From contig CAVVYV010000008.1 in NCBI GenBank assembly GCA_963752585.1, positions 552,197-616,196 on the forward strand: a stretch of 64,000 bases of DNA, written 5' to 3'. Positions 30,499-39,372 of this stretch are shown in pieces. Source of the DNA: an uncultured Solirubrobacterales bacterium (lineage in GTDB: Bacteria > Actinomycetota > Thermoleophilia > Solirubrobacterales > 70-9). A program made the position numbers and the translations under genes. Under the pieces are notes generated by a model. That model searched no databases, had not been told where the DNA came from, and saw nothing but the letters and a program-made list of their open reading frames with translations. Each line of letters starts with the position of its first letter. Positions within the stretch are counted from its first letter, which is position 1.

Positions 30499-31257
30499 AT
30501 GACCGCTGACACCAGCACAGCAGCATCGAGAACTCGCTGAGCTCATCCGCGAGAGCGAGTGCACCGTTGCGCTCACCGGAGCGGGGATCAGCGTGCCGTC
30601 GGGGATTCCGGACTTCCGGACGCCCGGGGAGGGGTTGTGGGAGAAGGTCGATCCGATGGAGGTCGCCCACATCGACTCCTTCCGCCGCGACCCGGCCCGC
30701 TTCTGGAGCTTCTACCGCCCCCGCCTCCACAGCCTCGGCGGAATCGAGCCGAATCCCGCCCACGAGGCGCTGGCGGAGCTCGAGCGCCGTGGGCCTGCTC
30801 GAGGCCGTGGTCACCCAGAACATCGACATGCTCCACCTCAAGGCCGGATCCGAGCGGGTGATCGAGGTCCACGGCTCGATCCGCAGCCTCAGCTGTCAGA
30901 GCTGTGAGCGGAGCTTCGCGATCGAGGACTCCGAGGAGCTCTTCGACCCCGAAGGGCGTCGCCCGCTGCTCCGGCTGCGAGGGCCTGGTGAAGCCCGACG
31001 TCGTCCTCTTCGGCGAGCTGCTGCCCGCGGACGCGATGGCCGAGGCGGAGGCGCTCGCCGCCCGCGCCGACCTGATGCTCTGCGTCGGCTCCTCGCTCGA
31101 GGTCTATCCGGTGGCCGGGCTGCCCTCGGTCACGCTCGGCCGCGGCGGGCGCCTGGCGATCGTCACCAAGGGCCCGACCCCGTACGACGGGGACGCGGAG
31201 CTGCGCCTCGACGGCGATGTCGCCGAGGAGCTCTCGGCGGTCCTCGCCGCCCTCTAG
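30499..31257 (+). pseudogene. cobB: NAD-dependent protein deacylase, Sir2 family (CobB-type), 3 frameshifts
   Basis: MTADTST|[41 protein letters not shown]...[15 protein letters not shown]|[28 protein letters not shown]...CQSCERSF...|[22 protein letters not shown]...[11 protein letters not shown]...; the GAGIS, QNID and HG motifs plus the 4-Cys zinc ribbon are present. Shifts lie near 30512, 30797 and 30957. Confidence 0.85.
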
Positions 31258-32001
31258 GAGGCGCAGCTAGGCCGGACTGACTCGGACCGTCGAGGCGCTC
31301 GCGGAGCGCGGCGACTCGCTTCTCGGACCTTCTGCTCGCGCGGGCCCGGATCCCGCTCCAGGGCGGCCTCGGCGGCGGCGAGCCCGTAGCGGGCCTCGTC
31401 CTCCCGCCCCTGCTCGGCGTCGAGCCGCGCCCGCAGCAGCATCGTCTCGGCCGGATGGACGCGGTCGCGGCCGGCGAGCACCGCCGCCACCCGGCTCTGC
31501 GGCTCGACCTCCTCGTAGCCGCCCCCGCTTCGGGGGCGGCAGCTCCCGGGCCGCGGTCCAGCGGCCCTCGGCGAGCTCCTCGCCGCTGCCGTAGCCGATC
31601 CTGATCGCCAGCGCCCGGGTCGCGGCGACGTCGGCGACCAGCGGGATCGGCGGCGCCGGCACGAAGCGCATGGAGGGCGCGGTTGACGACGAGCCGTCGC
31701 CGAGCGCACCTCCGCGGCCCTCCGGCGGGCGTCGCCCGCCACCGACTCGAGCCAGGCCGAGGCCTGCTCGGGGTCGGCGAGCTCCTCGGCGCCGGTGACC
31801 GTGACCCGGGTCACCGGCACCTCGCCCGGCTCCCCGGGATCGACCTGACGCGGCCGCCGCCGTCGCCGGCGGGAGGGCCTGGGCGCGCCGATCGTCTCGA
31901 CGATCAGCACCCTCTCGATCTGCGCCCTCGCGGGCGAGGTAGCGGCCTTCGGGAAGGCCGATCCGGCCGGCGAGCTCGAGCTGGGTGAATGGCCTGAGCC
32001 G
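31254..32001 (-). pseudogene. Hypothetical protein; reading frame ambiguous (at least 2 frame changes), start not identified
   Basis: Protein-like stretches lie in different frames: ...QIERVLIVETIGAP...VTRVTVTGAEELADPEQASAWLESVAGDARRRAAEV..., ...ADPLVADVAATRALAIRIGYGSGEELAEGRWTAARELPPP..., ...YEEVEPQSRVAAVLAGRDRVHPAETMLLRARLDAEQGREDEARYGLAAAEAALERDPGP... Candidate stops are at 31254 and 31267. No family was recognised. Confidence 0.3.
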
Positions 32002-34468
32002 TTACTCGCCCTGGTGGGCGCCGCTGGCGCTGGTCGTCGGCCGGGAGCGAGGCGTCGGAGGGCTTCGGGCGCACCTCCGGGTTCTCGATCTCGCCGAGGC
32101 GGTCGATCAGCCGCTCCCACTGCTCGGGCTTCAGGACCCGGGCGAGCTGGTCGAACGGCTGGCCCGCTCCGTACGAGCGGCGTGAAGCCGACGTGGATGT
32201 GGTCAGCGTGGTCGCCCATCGCGAAGGTGGGCGCCCCCATCTCCATCAGCGAGATGATCTGCGCCGGCCGCATCGTGCCCTGGAGCTTCAGCAGGTCGCG
32301 GATCACCGCCTCGGTGACCGACCCCGGTCCCTGGTTCCCGATTATCGGGATCCCGTTCACCGCGGCGATGTCGACCGCGTTGCCGGAGGAGTGGGCGGAG
32401 ACGTTGCCCGAGGTGGTGTAGAAGCTGTGGCCGCACTTGAGCGAGGTGACCGTCAGGCGATAGCCGCGCTCCGCCAGGTACTCCAGCACCGCGAGGGTGC
32501 GGCGGTCGATCTGCCCGGACTCGATGTCGGTGCGCCCGCAGGAGTAGATCTGGAGCCGCGGGTCGGCGAGCGCCCGCTGGGCGAGCACCTCCTTCGACAT
32601 CAGCAGGATCTGACCGATCGAGGCGTCCGAGCCGAACGGGTCCTGGCCGGAGGCGCGATAGATCGCCGTCGTCTCGAGGAGCTTCCAGCCGTCGAGGATC
32701 GGCTTCGGGTCGATCTTCGGAGCGCCGCGTCCGGCGGGCCGGATCGCGAAGTTGAGGTGCGGGGCGCCCTTGGTGCCCGTCTGCGCCGAGTCGCCGATCT
32801 GGCCGAGGACGGTGCCGCCGGTGACCTTGGAGCCGACCTTGAGCGGCTTCAGCTCCATCGTCTTCGCATCGAACTTGAAGACGTCGTTGAAGTAGCTCTT
32901 GAAGGTCTCGTAGGCCGGCACCCGCTCGCCGAGGAGGCTGTCGAGCTGGCCGCTGACCGAGGCCTGGCCGACGTTGGCGGGCCGCTCGGGGAGGGCGAAG
33001 AGCCGGTCGCGAAGCTCCTCGGTGTTGGCCGGGGCGGCGGCGCTTCTTCCTCGGTTCGGCGGCAAGCCTTGGGGCCTGATCGTTGCCGCCGGCGGTGGCG
33101 GGATCGCTCGGGGCCTGTCCTGGTCGGAGCCCTTCGGGCTCTCGAGCTTGAAGTCGGCGGCGGTGAGCGCGTTCTCCTTCGGGACCGGATGGGAGTCGGC
33201 GATCGCGCCGAGGCCGGCGTAGGTGTAGCGGTTGCCGTAGGCGTCGGTGAGGATGATGAAGTGGCCGAGCTTCGCGTTCTCGCCGAGCGCCGTGATCACC
33301 CCGTCGTTGACGGCGACCACCGGAGCGTTAACGCTCGAGTAGATGTTGATGCCTCGGCGGGTGGGGCTGTCCGAGACGACGTCGGCGGCGTTGCCGGCGG
33401 CGGTCCGGTTGGTCACCGAGCGCTTCAGCGCCTCGCGCTCGGAGATGTCGTCGGCGTAGCGGGCGTCGGCGGCGACCGGGAAGTGGGCGCCCTCGGTGAG
33501 CCCGGTGAGCGAGCCGATCAGATCGTCGGGGAGCTTCGAGTACTGGTTCGCGTAGAGGAGGACCTCGTCGACGTACCAGTCGGCGTGGTTGTAGGCGAAG
33601 ATCGCCCGGCGAAGGTCCTCCTCGCCGCCGGCCGCCTTCAGATAGCGGGCCGCCGCGCAGATCGCGTCGACCGGGTTGTAGGGATCCTTGCGGCCGTCCT
33701 CGTTCGCGTCGGTCGCCGTAGGCCTGCCAGCTCGAGGGGATGAACTGCATCCAGCCCATCGCCCCGGCGGAGGAGACGTTGAGGTTGGTGCCGAAGGCGG
33801 TCTCGATCCGGTTGATCGAGGCGAGCACCTGCCACGGGATCGAGTACTCGGTGCCGCAGGCCTGGTAGATCGGCAGCAGGAACGGCGGGATCTCGAAGGA
33901 GTCGATGACGAAGTTGGGGACGCCGATCGGCGCGGCGCCGAACTGGGCGATGGTCAGGCCCGGGTTGGCGTTGGTGGGCGAGCCGTCGGGGTTGCGGACC
34001 GGGGGCTGCTCGATCTTCTCGCGCTGGGCCTTGATCACGCCCTTCGCCTTGCCCTGCTTGGGGCCCTTCTTGCCGAAGAGGCCGCCGCCCGGCGCGGCTC
34101 CGGGCTTCTTCGTGCCCCCGGCCGGGGCGCCCGGCGCCGGCCGTGCCCTGGGTCGTGCCGCCGCCCGTCGAGCCGCCGCCGCCGCCGCCCGAGCCGCCGC
34201 CGCCGCCTGAGCCGCCGCCGCTGCCGCCTGAGCCGCCGCCGGTGGGCGGGTTGTACTCGCTCGTGTCGGCCGGGCTCGAGCAGCCCGGGTCGCCGAGGTC
34301 CGCGAGGCCGTCGCCGTCGTCGTCGCTGAGGTTGGCGCAGGCGGGGAGAGGGGCGCCGCCCGGGACGTCGACCTGGACCCCGCCGACCGTGACCGAGGTG
34401 GCGGTCCCCGCGGCGATCACGGCGAGCGTGCTGCCAAGGGCGATGATGAGAAGGAGCTTCTTTGTCAT
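32002..34468 (-). pseudogene. Secreted tri-domain peptidoglycan hydrolase: lytic transglycosylase (SLT) + LytM/M23-like (apparently degenerate) + LAS/M15 (VanY-like) metallopeptidase; at least 3 frameshifts
   Basis: The signal peptide MTKKLLLIIALGSTLAVIAAG is followed by a Gly/Ser linker. After a shift near 34118 comes SLT: YQACGTEYSIPWQVLASINRIETAFG...AMGWMQFIPSSWQAYGD|DANEDGRKDPYNPVDAICAAARYL (shift near 33712). The M23-like region reads GINIYSSVNAPVVAVNDGVI...GGTVLGQIG...PHLNFAIRP. The M15 region reads SAHSSGNAVDI...GDHADHIHVGF. The frame is lost again near 32185. The 3' end is uncertain (TAA 32002-32004 in one frame). Confidence 0.75.
34157..34245. repeat. Imperfect (GCC)n / GAGCCGCCGCC-type trinucleotide tract encoding the Gly/Ser linker of the hydrolase
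   Basis: The plus strand reads gccgccgcc... interrupted by gag/tga every 18-21 nt (four units), read directly. It translates on the minus strand as GGSGGSGGGSGGGGGSGGGGGGS. Confidence 0.6.
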
Positions 34469-34622
34469 TTGGCTAGCCGCAGTCTCCAGGGACCTGACGG
34501 GTTTGCCCTCGGCGCAAACCTCCCTGTCCGCACGGCAGGGGGCACGCTACTGCTTCGCTTTCCCCATTGCAACGGGGAACCGATCCCCTTGGGGGCCGCC
34601 TGCCCGGCGGTCTGAATAGTTG

Positions 34623-34640
34623 AGTCGAGATTACTCGACT
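34623..34640. promoter_or_regulatory. 7-4-7 inverted repeat AGTCGAG-atta-CTCGACT abutting a TATACT -10-like hexamer
   Basis: Perfect arms are read directly from the sequence. TATACT lies at 34640-34645. The repeat sits in the AT-richer divergent gap between the hydrolase (start 34468) and the coiled-coil gene (GTG 34678). Confidence 0.4.
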
Positions 34641-34677
34641 ATACTCTAGCAATGGCCCGCGATACCTTGACTACGAC

Positions 34678-35016
34678 GTGACCAGCGAGGACGAAGGCGC
34701 CGAGCGCTCCAAGGACAGGGCCTCGTCCCGCAGCGAGGACACACTCGGCGACCTCGCCGATTTCCTGCTCGACAACCCCTGGCTGAACCAGGCGCTGCAG
34801 CTCGCCCTGGGCGCCCGTGAGCGCGCCTCCCAGGCCGGCGCTCAGGCGATGCGCAACGTCGGCGTGCCGACCGCCGCCGACGTCGACCGCCTCGCCCGGC
34901 GGGTTCGAGCGCTCTCCGAGCGGCTCGAGTCGGTCGAGGACAAGCTCGACACGCTCAGCCACGAGATGGCGGAGCTCCGGCGCCTCCTGCGCGACGCCGA
35001 CCAAGCCCGGCGCTAG
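34678..35016 (+). CDS. Coiled-coil protein, phasin/PhaF-like (COG3937-type) - tentative
   Basis: Intact 112-aa ORF (GTG start). ...VPTAADVDRLARRVRALSERLESVEDKLDTLSHEMAELRRLL... is a heptad-rich helix resembling the phasin-like family. The function call is weak. Confidence 0.45.
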   Translation: MTSEDEGAERSKDRASSRSEDTLGDLADFLLDNPWLNQALQLALGARERASQAGAQAMRNVGVPTAADVDRLARRVRALSERLESVEDKLDTLSHEMAELRRLLRDADQARR

Positions 35017-35688
35017 CTACGATCCGAGAGTGCGCCGGCGGCGCAGGTTCCCATCCGCTCGACGGCGCCCGCCAGTGCCTGATCGCCGATCCGCCGGCGC
35101 TTGCCGCCCGGGAAGACGTCGCTGACGACGAGCGCGCAGCCGACCGCGACGCCGAGGCGGGCGCCGAGGCGCGAAGAGGGCCGCCGCCTCCATCTCCACC
35201 GCCCTGGCCCCCGCCGCCAGCCAGCGCTCCCGGGCGCCGGGATCGACCTCGTAGAAGAGATCGGTGGTGGCGATCAGGGCGCCGGCGGCCCCGTTTGCCC
35301 TCAGCCGCTCCCTGCAGCCGGCGATCGGGGCGGGCAAGGCGGTTGGCGCCCAGGGCGCGGCTGACGCCATCCTCGGCCAGCGCCGCCTCGGCGCAGATCA
35401 GGTCGCCGAGCGAGAGCGCCCGATCGAGCGCGCCGCAGGTACCGACCCGGATCGCCCGTCGCACGCCGAGGCCGGCGAGCTCCTCGAGCACGATCGCGGC
35501 GCTGGGCGCTCCGACGCCCGTCGCCTGGATGCTCAGCGGCCTGCCCGACCGGGTCTCGCCCGAGTAGCCCCAGAGCCCGCGGTGATGGTTGCTCATCTTC
35601 GGCTCGGTCAAGAGCTGCTGGGCGAGCGCCATCGCCCGCCCGGGGTCGCCCGGCAGCAGCGACGTCGGCGGCGTAGGGGGCCTTCGGG
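35013..35688 (-). pseudogene. Nucleoside phosphorylase, PNP/UDP family 1 (DeoD/Udp-like), 2 frameshifts
   Basis: GTG 35688: ATHHLRA...SLLPGDPGRAMALAQQLL...HRGLWGYSGETRSGRPLSIQATGVGAPSAAIVLEELAGLGVRRAIRVGTCGAL...DGVSRALGANRLA|PAPIAG...ATTDLFYE...GARAVEMEAAALFA|LGARLGVAVGCALVVSDVF...*. Shifts lie near 35335 and 35178. The stop shares CTAG (35013-35016) with the opposing gene. Confidence 0.7.
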
Positions 35689-35756
35689 CGCGAAGGTGGT
35701 GGGTGGCCACGCCGCGAGCATAGGAGCGGCGGCGGCGGTGCCGTACGCTTGGGCGG

Positions 35757-36008
35757 ATGCCGAAGCTGCCTGGCTCGGAGAGCGGAGGCCCCTCGGAGGC
35801 TTTGCGGAAGGCGATCGAGCGGACCTTCGAGGCGACCGTCGATTCCGCCGTCGGCACCCGCGAGCGGGCCGGCGAGCTGCTCGATCAGGTCGTCCGCCGG
35901 GGGCGGGGGGAGGTCCGCCGGCTCGAGCGGGAGCTCGGCTCGATCAACGAGCGGCTGGAGCAGCTCGAGTCGACGATCCGCCGCGAGGTGCAGAAGCGAA
36001 AGGGTTGA
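35757..36008 (+). CDS. Small coiled-coil protein, phasin-like (COG3937-type) - tentative
   Basis: Intact 83-aa ORF. ...RERAGELLDQVVRRGRGEVRRLERELGSINERLEQLESTIRREVQKRK has the same helical family flavour as 34678..35016. Confidence 0.45.
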   Translation: MPKLPGSESGGPSEALRKAIERTFEATVDSAVGTRERAGELLDQVVRRGRGEVRRLERELGSINERLEQLESTIRREVQKRKG

Positions 36009-36092
36009 CCTCAACCGCAGCTTCAGGGTGCGGCCGCGGCGGCGGGGATGTACCGGCCGCGTTGCGAAGAGCACGAAATAGACTCCGGGCCG

Positions 36093-36532
36093 ATGCCGGC
36101 ACGCGAAGACGAGCGGCTTTCGATCCGCCGAGGAGCTTCGAGAGATCCTCGACGCCGCGCTCCGTGCCGTCGACGCCGATCCGGACGACGGACAGCGGCT
36201 GCGCTCGTGCGCGGCGCCGATGCAGTTCGAGTTCACCGACCTGAAGCTGGTGCTCAACCTCTCGCCCGCCGAATCCGGCCGGCACTTCCTCCGCTGGGAC
36301 TTTCGAGCGAGCCGGCGCACATCCGAAGCTACGGCTGAGCATGGACTCCGAGTTCGCCAACCGCCTCCTGCAGGGCCGGGAGAACCCGGCAATCGCGATC
36401 GCCCGCGGCCGGATGAGGACGAAGATCGAGGACGTCGGCGCCGCCCTCTCGTTCTTCCCCGCCGTCAAGCCGCTGTTCTCGCGCTACCGGGAGATCGTCG
36501 CCGAGAAATACCCGCATCTCGCCCTGGACTGA
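36093..36532 (+). pseudogene. SCP2 (sterol-carrier-protein-2-like) domain protein, 2 frameshifts
   Basis: ATG 36093: MPAREDER...|SAEELREILDAALRAVDADPDDGQRLRSCAAPMQFEFTDLKLVLNLSPAESGRHFLRWDF|ERAGAHPKLRLSMDSEFANRLLQGRENPAIAIARGRMRTKIEDVGAALSFFPAVKPLF...*. Shifts lie near 36122 and at the ttt run 36301-36303. Confidence 0.6.
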
Positions 36533-36547
36533 GCGCGCGGCGTGGGT

Positions 36548-36576
36548 TTGACTTGGCCACGCGGGGGGCGTAATCT
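36548..36576 (+). promoter_or_regulatory. Near-consensus sigma-70-type promoter TTGACT-17 nt-TAATCT
   Basis: The -35 TTGACT (36548-36553), exactly 17-nt spacer and -10 TAATCT (36571-36576) are read directly from the sequence. It lies about 200 nt upstream of the MerR-cyclase ATG. Confidence 0.5.
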
Positions 36577-36582
36577 CAATCC

Positions 36583-36773
36583 GTTCGACAGAGGCTTGGG
36601 CCGAAAGTGGGCCCGCCCGCCCTCGGTCCCCCGGCGACTGGGACCCTGGCTTCGGGCCTGCGAGGCGCGAGAGCGTCGCTGGCCAACGAGGCGGGCCGTC
36701 AGCCCGCAGGCGACGGGGTTGCGCGACCCCGTCGCTTCCTGTCGGGGACGGGTGCGCTCCCGGGGCGGGGGCG
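36583..36773 (+). promoter_or_regulatory. Long GC-rich structured 5' leader (or small RNA) of unknown class preceding the MerR-cyclase gene
   Basis: Several perfect local helices are present: GGTCCC-N9-GGGACC; GCGGGC-cgtca-GCCCGC; and a 10-bp stem GCGACGGGGT-tgcgcg-ACCCCGTCGC (36710-36735). The 3' arm of that stem could alternatively pair with the downstream CGGGG. No known riboswitch consensus was recognised. The overlapping ORF 36542..36793 looks non-coding. Confidence 0.35.
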
Positions 36774-37976
36774 ATGAGCTCCGAGCAGGGTGAGCGGATC
36801 TCGCTCGCCGAGGCGAGCCGGATCTCCGGCGTCTCGGCCTCGACCCTGAAGCGCTGGGCCGCGGAGAGGGTGGTTCCGGTCGAGGACGAGCGCTGGACTC
36901 GCGCCTCCGCGGCGCAGGCGCGAGTGGTGGCGCGGATGCGCGACCGCGGCTACTCGTTCGAGGCGATCAAGGAGGCGGCCGCGCGGCGGCCGGCTCGCCT
37001 TCGGCTACGCGGAGGACCTCTTCCAGGTGCCCGAGGGGCGCTACAGCCGCGAGGAGGCGGCGAAGCGAACCGGCCTCGAGCCGGAGCTGATCGAGCGGCT
37101 GATGACCCTCCTCGGCACGCCGATCGGGATGGAGGGGCGTCTCAACGAGGAGGACATGAAGGCGATGCGCCATTGCGCCGACGTACTCGCCTCCGGCTTT
37201 CCGCTGGTCGCCTTTCTTCAGCTGGTCCGCGTCTACGCCCAGTCGATCCGCAAGGTGGCCGACGCCGAGGTCCGCCTCTTCCACCTCTACGTGCACGAGC
37301 CGCTGATGCAGGAGGAGGTCCCACCGCTCGAGATCGCCGAGGAGATGGGGGGACTGGCCGCCGATCTGCTTCCGGTCACCGCGCCGCTGATGGAGTACAT
37401 GCACAACCGCTACCTGCGCTTCTTCATCGAGCAGGACGTGGTCGGTCACATGGAGTCCGACGTCGCCGCCGGCGGTGGCGGGCTGGCGCGGGTGTCGATG
37501 GCGTTCTGCTTCGTCGACCTCACCGGGTTCACCCAGCTACACCGAGGAGGAGGGAGACGAGGAGGCGCTCGACCTGATCGAGCGCTTCGTCGACACCGTC
37601 GAGGCGACCCTGCCGGCGGAGGCGACGATCGTGAAGACGATCGGCGACGAGGTGATGATCGTCTCACCGGAGCCCGCCACGCTGACCGAGTGGGCGGTCG
37701 GCTTCCTCTATTTCTTCCAGGAGCGTCCCCAGCCCCGGGTGGGCCTCCACTACGGGGCGGCGGTCTTCCGCGACGGCGACTACTTCGGCGGCGACGTCAA
37801 CCTCGCCCATCGGATCGTCAACCGGGCGCTGGGCGGCGAGGTCCTGGTCACCGAGCCGGTGGTCGAGGCGATCTCGGACTCCGAGCACCTCAAGCTTCGA
37901 CCCGATCGGCGAGGTCGTCCTCAAGGGGTTCCCGGAGCCGATCTCTCTCTATATCGCCCGGCCGCGGGCGGGCTAG
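36774..37976 (+). pseudogene. MerR-type HTH domain fused to a class III adenylate/guanylate cyclase catalytic domain, 3 frameshifts
   Basis: ISLAEASRISGVSASTLKRWAAERVV...ARMRDRGYSFEAIKEAAA| (MerR HTH), then a second MerR-like helix set (YSREEAAKRTGLEPELIERL...), then VSMAFCFVDLTGFTQL|TEEEGDEEALDLIERFVD...IVKTIGDEVMIV...VGLHYGAAVFRDGDYFGGDVNLAHRIV...HLK|FDPIGEVVLKGFPEPISLYIARPRAG*. Shifts lie near 36988, 37535 and 37893. Confidence 0.7.
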
Positions 37977-38573
37977 CCGGATGCTAGCCGGCTTGCGTGG
38001 CGGCGCAGGGGCCGGACTGGCTTGCCCGCGCGGAACCCGTACTCGCTGGAGACCGTAACGCCGGTGTTGTCGGACGCGTCGTAGGGGGTGCCGCGGACGG
38101 CCGCCACCCCGATCTCGCGGAAGCGATCGCGGAGAAGGTTGGCCCGGTGCGAGGGGCTCCCCATCCAGCCATCGACCAAAGCCTGCGGGCGTGCTTCGGC
38201 TGCCGGTGCCCCAGACGAGGTTCTCGCCGACCAGCCAGCGCCGGGCGCCGCGCATGTAGCCGGTGTTGGTGATCCGGTCGATGAAGGTCCGGCCGCTCGG
38301 GGAGGTGTGCTCGAAGAAGCTGCCGCTGACCATGTCCTGGGAATGGCCGGCCCCCGCCTGGCGGAGGTTGCCGTTCGTGTGGACCGGCCTGACGCCCGCC
38401 TTCGCCCGCTCTTCGTTGATCACGCAGAGGACGGTGGTCTCGAGCTCAGTCTGGCTCAGCAATGCGGCCTCGGTGTCGGCTCCGGCGCAGGTGGACGCGG
38501 CCGCGGGTGCGGCGGCGATCAGCGCCAAGGCGGCGGCGAGGATGCCTGCGGTGAGGAGTCGAAGTCGGGGCAC
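37973..38573 (-). pseudogene. Secreted CAP/SCP (PR-1-like, YkwD-type) domain protein, paralogue A, 1 frameshift
   Basis: GTG 38573. The signal peptide is MPRLRLLTAGILAAALALIAAAPAAAS. ...LCVINEERAKAGVRPVHTNGNLRQAGAGHSQDMVSGSFFEHTSPSG...GENLVWGTGSRSTP|QALVDGWMGSPSHRANLLRDRFREIGVAAV... shows a shift near 38186. Confidence 0.75.
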
Positions 38574-38743
38574 ATATGCTCAATCGAGCGTCCACGACGG
38601 TTTTCAACTCGACACCAAAAATATGGACCGGCGTCCAGTGAGGGCGGTTCGCACGGTTGGACGATTGATTGACTTCCTGCCTTGCCTGCAAGGATTCACC
38701 CATTACTGGGTAGAGCGCAGTAGGGGAGGAACCGAGGTCGTCG

Positions 38744-39307
38744 CTAGCGGCTGAGGCCGAAGTCGGCGGTGTAGATCGCCGAATTGCCGCCGCCGCTGCC
38801 GACCGGCGAGCCCATCGCCACCCCGATCCCGATGTCCCGGAAGCGGCGGCGACAGCATGTTGGAGCGGTGCACCGGGCTCGCCATCCAGCGCGCCACGGT
38901 CGCCTTGGGCGTGCCCGGGCCGCCGGCCCCCCAGGAGATGTTCTCGGCGACCATCCAGGTCGAGGCGCCCGCGAGATAGCCGCTCGCCCTCACCCGGTCG
39001 ACCATCGAGCCGTTTCCCTCGTGAGAGAAGAAGTTGGAGGCGTCCATCGCCGCCGAGTGGCCCCTGGCGGCGCTCTGGAGGCTCGGATCCGGGTTGAGCG
39101 CCGCGCCTTGTGCTGGCGGCGAGCCTTGTTGATCAGGCAGGTGACCGACTGCTCCGCCTGCGCGGCGGTCAGATTCGAGGGGCTTTGACCGTTATATGGA
39201 CAGGCAGACGCCGCCGAGCCCGAACGGGCCATCGGGGCAGGGGCCGCGATCAGCGCCGCGGCGGCGACGAGCAGAGCGCCTGCGGTGAGATGTCGCACTC
39301 GAGGCAC
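38744..39307 (-). pseudogene. Secreted CAP/SCP domain protein, paralogue B, 2 frameshifts
   Basis: GTG 39307 with a signal peptide. ...SVTCLINKARRQHKAR|LNPDPSLQSAARGHSAAMDASNFFSHEGNGS...AENISWGAGGPGTPKATVARWMASPVHRSNMLS|RRFRDIGIGVAMGSPVGSGGGNSAIYTADFGLSR*. Alignment with paralogue C shows one extra base in B near 38850. The other shift lies near 39108. Confidence 0.75.
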
Positions 39308-39372
39308 ATGTGCTCAATCGAGCACCCGCCCCGGGCTCTCAACCAGCGCGCCTATTTCTGGACGGCTTGTCC

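Noticed and set aside
30499-31257. Sir2-domain gene as part of an anti-phage system (Thoeris / DSR / SIR2-pAgo type)
   Set aside because: It is a short (about 250 aa) CobB-type deacylase with a GAGIS/QNID/HG catalytic core and a 4-Cys zinc ribbon. There is no fused sensor domain and no ThsB/TIR, HerA or Argonaute neighbour. It lies in a housekeeping and fatty-acid-metabolism context.
34143-34262. Repetitive GCC/GCCGCC tract as a CRISPR array or other non-coding repeat
   Set aside because: The units are 18-21 nt without unique spacers, and they translate in frame as a Gly/Ser linker inside the hydrolase. This is coding low complexity. No CRISPR-like repeat-spacer structure was seen anywhere in the window.
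36542-36793. 83-aa ORF inside the structured leader
   Set aside because: Its start lies upstream of the promoter -35 box. The product is Arg/Gly/Pro-rich with no hydrophobic core, and it overlaps the MerR-cyclase start. It is better explained as non-coding structured RNA.
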